Shown: in pieces, positions 9,236 through 17,658 of the stretch
Layout of the letters: each line of letters opens with the position of its first letter
Position numbering within the stretch: position 1 is the first letter of the stretch
Source of the DNA: an uncultured Verrucomicrobiota bacterium
GTDB lineage: Bacteria > Verrucomicrobiota > Kiritimatiellia > CAIQIC01 > Lenti-01
Assembly: GCA_937860055.1 (NCBI GenBank)
Contig: CALMBO010000002.1
Location: forward strand, 4,594-68,593
Reading direction: 5' to 3'
Length of the DNA: 64,000 bases
Translations under genes and position numbers: made by a program
Notes under the pieces: model-generated
What the model saw: only the letters and a program-made list of their open reading frames with translations
The model's database searches: none
Told to the model about the DNA's origin: nothing

Positions 9236-9700
9236 ATGCAGACGCCCGCAGAACGAATTTGGCAGTTTCCAAACCGGATGGAAGCCCTTGCCGCCGTCGC
9301 CAAGGAGGTCTTCGACTGGCTGGCGGGCCTTCCCCTCTCCTCCCGCGCCAAGTATTCCGCCGGACTTTCCATCGAGGAAATGTCCACCAACATCATCAAG
9401 TACGGCTACGACGACGACCACGAACATTTCATCCGCGTCCTGATCGTCGCGGAACGAGACCACGTCAAGATCGTCTTCGAGGACGACGGCCACCCCTTCG
9501 ATCCCACCCGCTACCCCTCCCCCGACCTGGAAAGCATCGTCGAAGCCCGCAAAAGCGGCGGACTGGGCATCGAGCTCGTCCGGCGCATCTGCGAAAAAAT
9601 GGTCTACGAACGCGACGGCCGCCTCAACCGCCTCACCCTCCACATCCGCCGCCTCGAACCCAACGACACCCAGTTCATCTCCCTTTCCTCCCTGTTGTGA
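9236..9700 (+). CDS. RsbW/SpoIIAB-like anti-sigma factor serine kinase (HATPase_c_2)
   Basis: EEMSTNIIKYGY (N-box like), VFEDDGHPFDP and GGLGIELVRRI (G-box). I prefer the ATG at 9236 to the track TTG at 9215. Confidence 0.7.
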   Translation: MQTPAERIWQFPNRMEALAAVAKEVFDWLAGLPLSSRAKYSAGLSIEEMSTNIIKYGYDDDHEHFIRVLIVAERDHVKIVFEDDGHPFDPTRYPSPDLESIVEARKSGGLGIELVRRICEKMVYERDGRLNRLTLHIRRLEPNDTQFISLSSLL

Positions 9701-9720
9701 AACCGCAAGGAAACACCGCC

Positions 9721-10179
9721 ATGACCATCGCCCGCGCCGCCTGCCTCGCCCTGCCCCTCGCCTTCCTGCTGGCCGGATGCGCCACCCCCGAACAGCGCAT
9801 CCGCCAGAACCAGGATCTCTTCGATTCCTTCCCCGTCGCGGCCCAGGCCCGCATCCGCGGTGGCCAGATCGACCTGGGCTTCACCCCCGACATGGTCCGG
9901 ATCGCCCTCGGCGAACCCCAGCGCAAGCTCGTCCGCCGCACCCCCGGCGCCGACACCGACATCTGGCTCTACCTCGACAGCGACCGCCGCTATGAACGCC
10001 AGCGCGCCGACATCGACGGGCTGGTGATCTCCGGCCCGGGCGGCGCACGCTCCGCCAGCGGCACCGCATGGGTCAGCGTCCTCCAGGAACGCGAAGCCGT
10101 CCGCACCCGCGTGGAATTCCAGGGCGGCACCGTCGCCGCCATCGAAGACATCGCCAGGGAACCGGCCCAGAAGCCGTGA
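9721..10179 (+). CDS. lipoprotein of unknown function
   Basis: MTIARAACLALPLAFLLAGCATPEQ has a signal peptide and a lipobox LLAGC. It forms the last 152 aa of track ORF 8050..10179. Confidence 0.6.
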   Translation: MTIARAACLALPLAFLLAGCATPEQRIRQNQDLFDSFPVAAQARIRGGQIDLGFTPDMVRIALGEPQRKLVRRTPGADTDIWLYLDSDRRYERQRADIDGLVISGPGGARSASGTAWVSVLQEREAVRTRVEFQGGTVAAIEDIAREPAQKP

Positions 10180-10201
10180 GGACCGGCCTCCGGACTCCGC
10201 C

Positions 10202-11362
10202 ATGAAGATCGTTTGCGCCTCCAGCGTCTTGTACGCCCGCGAGGCCTTTTCCGGTCTCGGCGAAGTCCTCCTCCTGCCCGACCGCGACATCCGGCGGGAA
10301 CATCTCCGCGACGCCGACGCCCTCATCGTCCGCTCCAAGACCTCCGTCGGTCCCGCGCTGCTCGAAGGCACCTCCGTCGGCTTCGTCGCCACCGCCACCG
10401 CCGGCGCCGACCATTTCGACATCCCCTGGCTGAACCATGCCGGCATCGCCTGGAGCGCCTCCCCCGGCTGCAACGCCAATTCCGTCGCGGAATACGTCGC
10501 CGCCGCCATCGTCCTCCTCGCCCGGAAGCGCGCCGCCCTCCTTCACGGCAGGACCCTCGGCATCGTCGGCACGGGCCAGGTCGGTTCGCGCGTCGCGCAG
10601 AAGGCCGCCCTCCTCGGCCTGCGCACCCTTCGCAACGATCCGCCCCTCGCCCTCCGGACCGGATCCCGCGACTTCCTCCCCCTCGAGGCCCTCCTCGCCG
10701 ACACCGACATCCTCACCCTCCACGTCCCGCTCGAATCCTCCGGCCCCTTCCCCACGCGCCATCTCGCCGACTGCCGCCTCTTCGGCAAGCTCAAGCCCGG
10801 CGCCTGGTTCATCAATTCGTCCCGCGGCGAGGTCGCGGATTCCGATTCCCTCCAGTGCGCCCTCGACCACCATCTCCTCTCCGCCTGCGCCCTCGATGTC
10901 TGGGAAAGGGAGCCCGAACTTCCCGCCCCCCTCCGGCGCGCCGTGGATTTCCTCACCCCCCACATCGCCGGCTATTCCCTCGAAGGCCTCCTCAACGGCA
11001 CCCTCCAGTGCCATCGCGAACTGTGCCACTTCCTCGAAATCGAACCCTCCTGGGCACCCGACCCCCGCCAGCTTCCCCCCGCCCCGTTCCTCCAGATCGA
11101 AGCCGCCCGCCGCCCCGACGAGGACGTGCTCGCCGACCTCCTGGCCGCCGCCTGCCCCATCCCCGACGACGACCGCGCCTGGCGCGCCGACATGGCCATC
11201 GACGACCCCGCCGAGCTCCGCCGCCGCTTCGACCGCTTCCGCAGGAACTACCAGGCCCGCCGCGAATTCTCCGCCATCCGCGTCCACCTCTCCCACGCCT
11301 CCCCCTCCCTCCTCGAAACCGTTGCCGCCTTCGGCTTCCAGGTCTGCGCCCACCAGCCATGA
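10202..11362 (+). CDS. pdxB: 4-phosphoerythronate dehydrogenase
   Basis: D-2-hydroxyacid dehydrogenase fold with GIVGTGQVGSRV (NAD site), HVPL and the PdxB-type C-terminal dimerisation region. Length 386 aa. Confidence 0.85.
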   Translation: MKIVCASSVLYAREAFSGLGEVLLLPDRDIRREHLRDADALIVRSKTSVGPALLEGTSVGFVATATAGADHFDIPWLNHAGIAWSASPGCNANSVAEYVAAAIVLLARKRAALLHGRTLGIVGTGQVGSRVAQKAALLGLRTLRNDPPLALRTGSRDFLPLEALLADTDILTLHVPLESSGPFPTRHLADCRLFGKLKPGAWFINSSRGEVADSDSLQCALDHHLLSACALDVWEREPELPAPLRRAVDFLTPHIAGYSLEGLLNGTLQCHRELCHFLEIEPSWAPDPRQLPPAPFLQIEAARRPDEDVLADLLAAACPIPDDDRAWRADMAIDDPAELRRRFDRFRRNYQARREFSAIRVHLSHASPSLLETVAAFGFQVCAHQP

Positions 11363-11368
11363 GAAACC

Positions 11369-11398
11369 GGATTCAGGGTTCAGGGTTCAGGGTTCAGG
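11369..11398 (+). repeat. (GGGTTCA)4 heptanucleotide tandem repeat
   Basis: GGATTCA GGGTTCA GGGTTCA GGGTTCA GG, beginning 7 nt after the pdxB stop. Confidence 0.9.
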
Positions 11399-11501
11399 AC
11401 CCGTCAATCCGCCCGCAGCAGGACGCGAACACGTTGCCCGCTGTCCGCAGGACGTGGATGCAGAGGATTTCTTCCCAAAACCTCCACCCCATCCCCGCCC
11501 C

Positions 11502-12434
11502 ATGACCGCCACCCCGCCGCTCATCTTCACACCCGACCGCCCCGCGCCGCGCCTCGACGCCTACCTCGCCGCCGCCCACCCCGCCCTCTCCCGCTCCCGC
11601 TGGAAACAACTCATCGAATCCGGCCGCGTCGCCCTCAACGGCGCCCCCGCCCTCAAGCCCAACACCCCCCTCGCCCCCGGCGATTCCCTCGTCTGCACCC
11701 TCCCCGACCCCGAACCCGCCGGCCTCGTCCCCGCCGACATCCCTCTCTCCATCCTCTATGAAGACCCCGACCTCATTGTCCTCGACAAGCCCGCCGGCCT
11801 CGTCGTCCATCCCGCCCCCGGCCACCCCGGCGACACCCTCGTCAACGCCCTCCTCCACCACTGCACCGATCTCCAGGGCATCGGCGGCGAACTCCGCCCC
11901 GGCATCGTCCACCGCCTCGACAAGGATACCTCCGGCGTCCTCGTCGTCGCCAAGAACGAACAGGCCGTCGCGAATCTCGTCGCCCAATTCTCCGCCCACA
12001 CCGTCGAGAAGGAATACCTCGCCCTCGTCTGGGGCGCCCTCCGGAAACCCTCCGGCGAAATCTCCGGGCCCATCGGCCGCCACCCCGTCCACCGCCAGAA
12101 AATGGCCGTCACGGAAAAAGGCCGGCCCGCCCTCACCCGCTACGACACCCTCGCCGCCGGCCCCCTCGCCACTCTCCTCCGCATCCGCATCGAAACCGGC
12201 CGCACGCACCAGATCCGCGTGCACATGGCCCACCTCGGCCATCCCGTCGTCGGCGACGCCACCTACGGCCGCGCCCGCCACGGCCTCCCCGAAAACCTGT
12301 CCATCCCCCGCCAGATGCTCCACGCCCACGTCCTGCGCATCTCCCATCCCCGCACCGGCCGCCCCCTCGAATTCACCGCCCCCCCGCCCCCCGATTTCCT
12401 CGCCGCCCGACACGTCCTCCTGCCGCAAACATGA
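11502..12434 (+). CDS. rluD: RluA-family 23S rRNA pseudouridine synthase (RluD-like)
   Basis: S4 domain (RLDAYLAAAHPALSRSRWKQLIESGRV), the catalytic HRLDKDTSGVLVVAK, and TGRTHQIRVHMAHLGHPVVGD. Confidence 0.9.
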   Translation: MTATPPLIFTPDRPAPRLDAYLAAAHPALSRSRWKQLIESGRVALNGAPALKPNTPLAPGDSLVCTLPDPEPAGLVPADIPLSILYEDPDLIVLDKPAGLVVHPAPGHPGDTLVNALLHHCTDLQGIGGELRPGIVHRLDKDTSGVLVVAKNEQAVANLVAQFSAHTVEKEYLALVWGALRKPSGEISGPIGRHPVHRQKMAVTEKGRPALTRYDTLAAGPLATLLRIRIETGRTHQIRVHMAHLGHPVVGDATYGRARHGLPENLSIPRQMLHAHVLRISHPRTGRPLEFTAPPPPDFLAARHVLLPQT

Positions 12435-12466
12435 AATCCATCCGCCCCATCCGTCCGATTGGAAAG

Positions 12467-12517
12467 TTTTTCCATTGCATGGAAAATCCGCTGAAAGTTT
12501 TTCCATTGTGTGGAAAA
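12467..12517. repeat. TTTTCCA-N-TGGAAAA palindrome cluster B (2 copies)
   Basis: TTTTTCCATTGCATGGAAAA (12467-12486) and TTTTTCCATTGTGTGGAAAA (12498-12517). Confidence 0.9.
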
Positions 12518-12527
12518 TAAGGTGATT

Positions 12528-13064
12528 ATGCGCCACTGCCCCGTCTGCAACGTTCCGCTCGAGCCGGTGATCTACGAAACCCATCGCCTCTGGCATTGCC
12601 CCCAGTGCCGGGGAGACCTCGTCGACCTCTCCCGCTACAAGGCCATCCGGCGCCTCCCCCAAAAATCCCTCGCCGAACTCGAAGCCGAGGCCAGGGAAGG
12701 CTTCGCGGGCGACACCGCCGAAAGCCTCCGCTGCCCCCGCTGCCATGCCTCCATGTCCAAACGCCCCCTCTCCGTCCCCGGCTTCTCGCTGAACCTGGAT
12801 GTCTGCGAAGGGTGCTCCCTCGTCTGGCTCGATGGCGGCGAACTCGCCATGGCCCAGCTCGCCCACCAGGCCACCCCCGGCTTCCGCGACACGCAGGAGA
12901 TGAAACGCCGCGCCGAAGCCCTCTCCGCCGATCCCGAACGCAAGGCCGCCTTCGACGAAGCCGTCGCCCGGCTGCCCGACGCGCCCAACCCGTTCAAGGA
13001 GGCGTTCCGGGAAGCGCTCTGGGACGCCTTGTTCTCCCGCTACCCCTACCGGATCCTCCGATGA
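12528..13064 (+). CDS. double zinc-ribbon (zf-TFIIB type) protein
   Basis: There are two modules, CPVC..CPQC and CPRC..CEGC, each followed by WLD/DL-type segments. The ATG at 12528 is preceded by AAGGTGA. The track GTG at 12510 lies inside a palindromic repeat. Confidence 0.65.
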   Translation: MRHCPVCNVPLEPVIYETHRLWHCPQCRGDLVDLSRYKAIRRLPQKSLAELEAEAREGFAGDTAESLRCPRCHASMSKRPLSVPGFSLNLDVCEGCSLVWLDGGELAMAQLAHQATPGFRDTQEMKRRAEALSADPERKAAFDEAVARLPDAPNPFKEAFREALWDALFSRYPYRILR

Positions 13065-13804
13065 CCTCCGAAACCCCCTCCCTCATCCGCCTACAGAAAT
13101 TCCTCGCCGCCGCCGGCATCGGTTCCCGGCGCCGTTGCGAGGAGCTGATCGTCGCCGGCCGCGTCCGCATCGATGGCGCCGTCGTCGCGCAGCTCGGCGC
13201 GCGCGTCGATCCGGAAACGCAGCGCGTCGAGCTCGACGGCCGGCCCGTCCGCGCCGAGCCGCACCGCACCTACCTCGCCGACAAGCCCCGCGGCATCCTC
13301 TGCACCTCCTCCGACCCCGAGGGCCGCCCCACCATCGTCGAATGGGCCGCCCGGATGGGCGCCGATCCCCGCCTGCGCCTCTACACCATCGGCCGCCTCG
13401 ACTACGACAGCGAAGGCCTCATCCTCCTCACCAACGACGGCGCCCTCGCCCAGGCCTTCGCCCATCCCCGCCACCACGTCGAAAAGGAATACCGCGCCTG
13501 GATCGACCGCCTCGCCACCCGCGAACAGATCGGTGCCATGCTCGACGGCGTCGAGGAAGGCGGCGAAACCCTCCGCGCCCTCGCCATCGTCCCCGAAGCC
13601 GCCCGGCCCGGCCGCCCGCCCACCCTCCGCATCGTCCTCGGCGAAGGCCGCAACCGCCACATCCGGCGCATGCTCGAAACCGTCGGCCTGCGCGTGAAGC
13701 GCCTCCGCCGCATCCGCATCGGCCCCCTCTCCGAATCCGACCTGCGCGGAAAACCCCTCCGCGAACTCCCCCCCGCCGAACTTTCGCGGCTCTTCCCCGC
13801 CTGA
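13061..13804 (+). CDS. rluB: RsuA/RluB-family pseudouridine synthase
   Basis: S4 domain RLQKFLAAAGIGSRRRCEELIVAGRV, the catalytic GRLDYDSEGLILLTNDG, and GRNRHIRRM. ATGA overlap with the previous stop. Confidence 0.85.
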   Translation: MTSETPSLIRLQKFLAAAGIGSRRRCEELIVAGRVRIDGAVVAQLGARVDPETQRVELDGRPVRAEPHRTYLADKPRGILCTSSDPEGRPTIVEWAARMGADPRLRLYTIGRLDYDSEGLILLTNDGALAQAFAHPRHHVEKEYRAWIDRLATREQIGAMLDGVEEGGETLRALAIVPEAARPGRPPTLRIVLGEGRNRHIRRMLETVGLRVKRLRRIRIGPLSESDLRGKPLRELPPAELSRLFPA

Positions 13805-13894
13805 TTTTTTCGCGCCGGCCATTGCGTGCCGCAGCGCCCCATGCTATCGTCATTCCGTGAACCGCAATCCGACGCCATCCCAGGAAATCCCGGC

Positions 13895-15340
13895 ATGAAG
13901 TGGCATTTCCTCGGCGGCGCCGACACCGTGACCGGTTCCAAGCACCTCCTCGAATTCGACGACTCCCGCATCCTCTTCGATTGCGGCATGTTCCAGGGCC
14001 GCCGCAAGGAATCCAACGAAATCAACAAGACCCTCGGCTTCGATCCCGCCGCCATCGATGCCATGGTCCTCTCCCACGCGCACATCGATCACTGCGGCAA
14101 CATCCCCGTCCTCGTCAAGAACGGCTACCACAAATCCATCCACGCCACCTCCGCCACCGCCGACCTCCTCCCCATCATGCTGCGCGATTCGGCCCATATC
14201 CAGGAAGCCGACGCCGCCTACCTCAACCAGAAGACCAACCGCCGCGGACAGCCCCCCGTCGTTCCCCTCTACACCCTTGCCGACGCCGAAGCCTCCCTCA
14301 AGCTCATCCGCCCCCACGACTACAAGGAACCCCTCCCCCTCCCCGGCGGGGTCGTCGTCACCCACGTCGATGCCGGCCACATCCTCGGCGCCGCGCTCGC
14401 CCTCGTCGAAATCCCCTGCAACGGCGGCGACTTCCTCCGCATCGCCCTTGTCTTCGACCTCGGCCGCCGCAACCTCCCCCTCCTCCACGACCCCTTCCAG
14501 CTCCAGGACATCGACATCCTCATCGCCGAATCCACCTATGGCGACCGCCTCCACGACAACGCCCTCAACGCCCGCGAGGAGCTCCGCGAAGCCATCATCC
14601 GCGCCCTCGGCCGCGGCGGCAAGGTCCTCATCCCCACCTTCGCCCTCGGCCGCGCCCAGGAAATCGTCTACCACCTCGTCCACCTCCGCGACCGCGGCGA
14701 AATCCCCTCCGTCCCCGTCTACGTCGACAGCCCCATGGCCCATGCCATCGCCGGCGTCTTCGAGAAGAATGCGGACTATCTCGACGAGGAATCCCACGCC
14801 CTCCGCAGCTCCGCCGGCTCCGTCGTCAAGCCCGACTGGCTCACCTTCACCGAATCCGTCGAGGAATCCAAGTCCATCACCTCCTCCAAGACCCCCTCCA
14901 TCGTCATCGCCGCCTCCGGCATGTGCGAACACGGCCGCATCCTCCACCATCTCAAGCACGGCATCGAGGACGAGAAGAACCTCATCCTCCTCGTCGGCTA
15001 CCAGGCCATGAACACCCTCGGCCGCCGGATCCAGAACGGCGAAAAAAAGGTCCGCATCTTCGGCGACGAATTCGCCCTGAAGGCCGAGGTCCAGACCCTC
15101 CATTCCTTCAGTGCCCACGCCGACCGCCTCGAGCTCTTCCGCTACGTCCGCGACGCCAAGCCGAAAAAAGTCTTCCTCGTCCACGGCGAACAGGACCAGC
15201 GCGCCTCCTTCGCCCAGCTCCTCCGCGACCAGCTCCACCTCGATGTCGAACTCCCCGCCAACGGCGACAAGGTCGATCTCTCCGCTTTCCTCCCCCCTCC
15301 GCCCGCCCCCTCTCCCTCCCCGCCTTCCTCCCAATCGTAA
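13895..15340 (+). CDS. MBL-fold beta-CASP RNA-metabolising hydrolase
   Basis: HAHIDHCG (HxHxDH), a beta-CASP region and the C-terminal HSFSAHAD..FLVHGE. ATG at 13895 (MKWHFLGGA). Confidence 0.85.
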   Translation: MKWHFLGGADTVTGSKHLLEFDDSRILFDCGMFQGRRKESNEINKTLGFDPAAIDAMVLSHAHIDHCGNIPVLVKNGYHKSIHATSATADLLPIMLRDSAHIQEADAAYLNQKTNRRGQPPVVPLYTLADAEASLKLIRPHDYKEPLPLPGGVVVTHVDAGHILGAALALVEIPCNGGDFLRIALVFDLGRRNLPLLHDPFQLQDIDILIAESTYGDRLHDNALNAREELREAIIRALGRGGKVLIPTFALGRAQEIVYHLVHLRDRGEIPSVPVYVDSPMAHAIAGVFEKNADYLDEESHALRSSAGSVVKPDWLTFTESVEESKSITSSKTPSIVIAASGMCEHGRILHHLKHGIEDEKNLILLVGYQAMNTLGRRIQNGEKKVRIFGDEFALKAEVQTLHSFSAHADRLELFRYVRDAKPKKVFLVHGEQDQRASFAQLLRDQLHLDVELPANGDKVDLSAFLPPPPAPSPSPPSSQS

Positions 15341-15398
15341 TCGTAATTCTTAATCTTAATCGCAATCGTAATTCTTAATCGTAATCCCAATCCAATCC
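15333..15398 (+). repeat. degenerate 6-7-nt tandem array (AATCGTA / ATTCTTA units)
   Basis: AATCGTAATCGTAATTCTTAATCTTAATCGCAATCGTAATTCTTAATCGTAATCCCAATCCAATCC. It spans the MBL-gene stop codon and ends 5 nt before the era ATG. Confidence 0.85.
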
Positions 15399-15402
15399 CC
15401 TC

Positions 15403-16353
15403 ATGACCACCGAATCTTCTTCCAGTCCTGCATCCCCCGCCTCCCGCGCCGGGATCGCTGCCATCGTCGGCCGCGCCAACACCGGCAAATCCTCCCTCCT
15501 CAACGCCCTCCTCGGCGAAAAGATCTCCGTCGTCTCCCCCGTCGCCCAGACCACCCGCCGCCCCGTCCGCGGCATCCACAACGAGCCCGGCCTCCAGATC
15601 GTCTTCCTCGACACCCCCGGCATCCGCCAGGCCACGCACAGCCTCAGCTCCATGCTCAACCGCACCGCCCGCGGCCTCGTCACCGGCTCCGATGTCGTCC
15701 TCCTCCTCCTCGACGCCTCCCTCCCTCCGCAGGACGAAGACCGCGGCTGGATGCAGAAGCTCTCCGCCGACGCCTCCCCCGTCTTCGCCATCCTCAACAA
15801 GACCGACCTCGGCCTCCGCCGCGCCGCCTACGAAACCGCCTGGGCCGAAGTCCTCGAGAAAAACCTCGCCCGCGATCCCTCCTTCGCTCCGCCCCCCGTC
15901 CGCTGGTTCGAGGTCTCCGCCACCACCGGCCAGGGACTCCCCGAACTCCTCGCCGCCATCCGGGAAAAAATGCCCGAATCCCCGCCCCTCTTCCCCGACG
16001 ACATGCTCACCGACGACCCCGGCCCCTTCTTCATCGCCGACGTCATCCGCGGCCAGATCAACGTCCGCCTCAAGGCCGAACTCCCCCACGCCATCGCCGT
16101 CGCCGTCGACCAGATCGAGGAAACCGACGAATCCGCCACCATCCACGCCACCATCTACGTCGAAAAGCCCTCCCAGCGCCCCATCGTCATCGGCAACCAC
16201 GCCCGCATGATCCGCGATATCCGCCTCGCCGCCCAGAAGGAGCTCGCCGCCATCTACGGCAAACCCCACAAACTCGAGCTCTGGGTCAAGGTCGAACCCA
16301 ACTGGTCCCGCAACTACTGGATGCTCAAGAAATTCGGCTACGTCGGCACCTGA
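15403..16353 (+). CDS. era: GTPase Era
   Basis: GRANTGKSSLLN (G1), DTPGI (G3), NKTD (G4) and a C-terminal KH domain. Confidence 0.95.
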   Translation: MTTESSSSPASPASRAGIAAIVGRANTGKSSLLNALLGEKISVVSPVAQTTRRPVRGIHNEPGLQIVFLDTPGIRQATHSLSSMLNRTARGLVTGSDVVLLLLDASLPPQDEDRGWMQKLSADASPVFAILNKTDLGLRRAAYETAWAEVLEKNLARDPSFAPPPVRWFEVSATTGQGLPELLAAIREKMPESPPLFPDDMLTDDPGPFFIADVIRGQINVRLKAELPHAIAVAVDQIEETDESATIHATIYVEKPSQRPIVIGNHARMIRDIRLAAQKELAAIYGKPHKLELWVKVEPNWSRNYWMLKKFGYVGT

Positions 16354-16356
16354 CGC

Positions 16357-16440
16357 GGGCTCAGGGTTCGGAGTTCAGGGTTCAGGATGGACTGCCGGAG
16401 ATCCCATGCTTTTCCTGAACCCTGACCCCTGAACCCTTTT
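16357..16440 (+). terminator. long hairpin built from inverted GGGTTCA heptad arrays plus a T-tract (putative era terminator)
   Basis: The left arm GGGCTCAGGGTTCGGAGTTCAGGGTTCAGGA pairs with the right arm TCCTGAACCCTGACCCCTGAACCC, followed by TTTTCGG. The stem is about 24 bp with a few mismatches. Confidence 0.6.
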
Positions 16441-16479
16441 CGGTTGCATTCCCGCCCCCTTCGCGGCTAACTCTTTCCC

Positions 16480-17658
16480 ATGACCACCGCCGCTTTCATC
16501 CTGCTTGCCCTCGTCATCGGCGCCGCCTTCGGCTACGCCATCGCCGCCTTCCGCGCCGCCGCGCAGATCGAACGCGCCAGGTCCGACGCCATCCGCCTCC
16601 AGGCCCAGCTCGAAACCCTCCAATCCGCCCGCGAAGAACTCGCCAACCAGTTCCAGGTCCTCGCCGCGCAAGTCCTCGACGCCCAGTCGCAGAAGTTCTC
16701 CTCCCAGCACCGCGAAGCCCTCTCCGCCCTTCTCGCCCCCCTCGGCGAGAAAATCGCCGACTTCAAGCAGAAGGTCGAAGCCGTCCATGCCGAGGACCTC
16801 CAGCAGAGCAGCGCCCTCAAGCGCCAGGTCGAGCTCCTCGCCACCCAAAGCCAGGCCGTCGGCCAGAAAGCCGACCAGCTCGCCGAAGCCCTCAAGGGCG
16901 ACAACAAGGCCGTCGGCAACTGGGGCGAACTCGTCCTCCAGCGCATCCTCGAATCCGCCGGCCTCCAGCAGGGGCGCGATTTCGACCTCCAGGTTTCCGC
17001 CGCCTCCGACGAAGGCCGCTTCCAGCCCGACGCCGTCGTCCGCCTCCCCGAAAACCGCTGCGTCATCGTCGACGCCAAGATGTCCCTCAAGGACCACGCC
17101 GACTACGCCGCCGCCGCCACCGCCGATGGACGCGCCGCCGCCCTCCGCGGCCTCGTCGCCTCCGTCGAAGGCCACATCAAGCGCCTCTCCGAAAAACGCT
17201 ACCAGGACCTCCCCGCCTTCAAGGACCGCTCCCCCGATTTCGTCCTCATGTTCATCCCCTCCGAGCCCGCATTCTCCCTCGCCCTCTCCTCCCGGCCCGC
17301 CCTCTTCGAAACCGCCGCCCGCGCCAACGTCGTCCTCGCCGGCCCCGGCGGCCTCCTCGCCGCCCTCCGCCTCGTCGCCCTCCTCTGGCGCCAGGAAAAC
17401 CAGCGCGCCTCCCTCAACGAGGTCTTCGATTCCGTCCGCAAAATCTACGAAAAATACGTCAACTTCGCCGAGGACCTCCAGGAAATCGACGACCACCTCC
17501 GCAAGGCCCAGGCCGCCTACCAGGCCGCCGTCAAAAAACTCTCCACCGGCGACGGAAATCTCGTCCGCCAGCTGGAGAAATTCCGGAAAGAGAATATCAT
17601 CAAGCCCAAGAAGCTTCCGCCTTCCGCTTTCCAGGACGCCGAGGAAAACGCCACATGA
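16480..17658 (+). CDS. rmuC: DNA recombination protein RmuC
   Basis: N-terminal TM helix, a long coiled coil, NWGELVLQRILESAGLQQGRDF and the C-terminal RmuC nuclease-like region. Confidence 0.85.
   Translation: MTTAAFILLALVIGAAFGYAIAAFRAAAQIERARSDAIRLQAQLETLQSAREELANQFQVLAAQVLDAQSQKFSSQHREALSALLAPLGEKIADFKQKVEAVHAEDLQQSSALKRQVELLATQSQAVGQKADQLAEALKGDNKAVGNWGELVLQRILESAGLQQGRDFDLQVSAASDEGRFQPDAVVRLPENRCVIVDAKMSLKDHADYAAAATADGRAAALRGLVASVEGHIKRLSEKRYQDLPAFKDRSPDFVLMFIPSEPAFSLALSSRPALFETAARANVVLAGPGGLLAALRLVALLWRQENQRASLNEVFDSVRKIYEKYVNFAEDLQEIDDHLRKAQAAYQAAVKKLSTGDGNLVRQLEKFRKENIIKPKKLPPSAFQDAEENAT

Noticed and set aside
11369-11398. (GGGTTCA)n as a telomere-like repeat or replicon end
   Set aside because: There are only four units, embedded between two ordinary housekeeping genes with normal flanks. 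The same heptad forms an internal hairpin at 16357. Nothing suggests a linear end.
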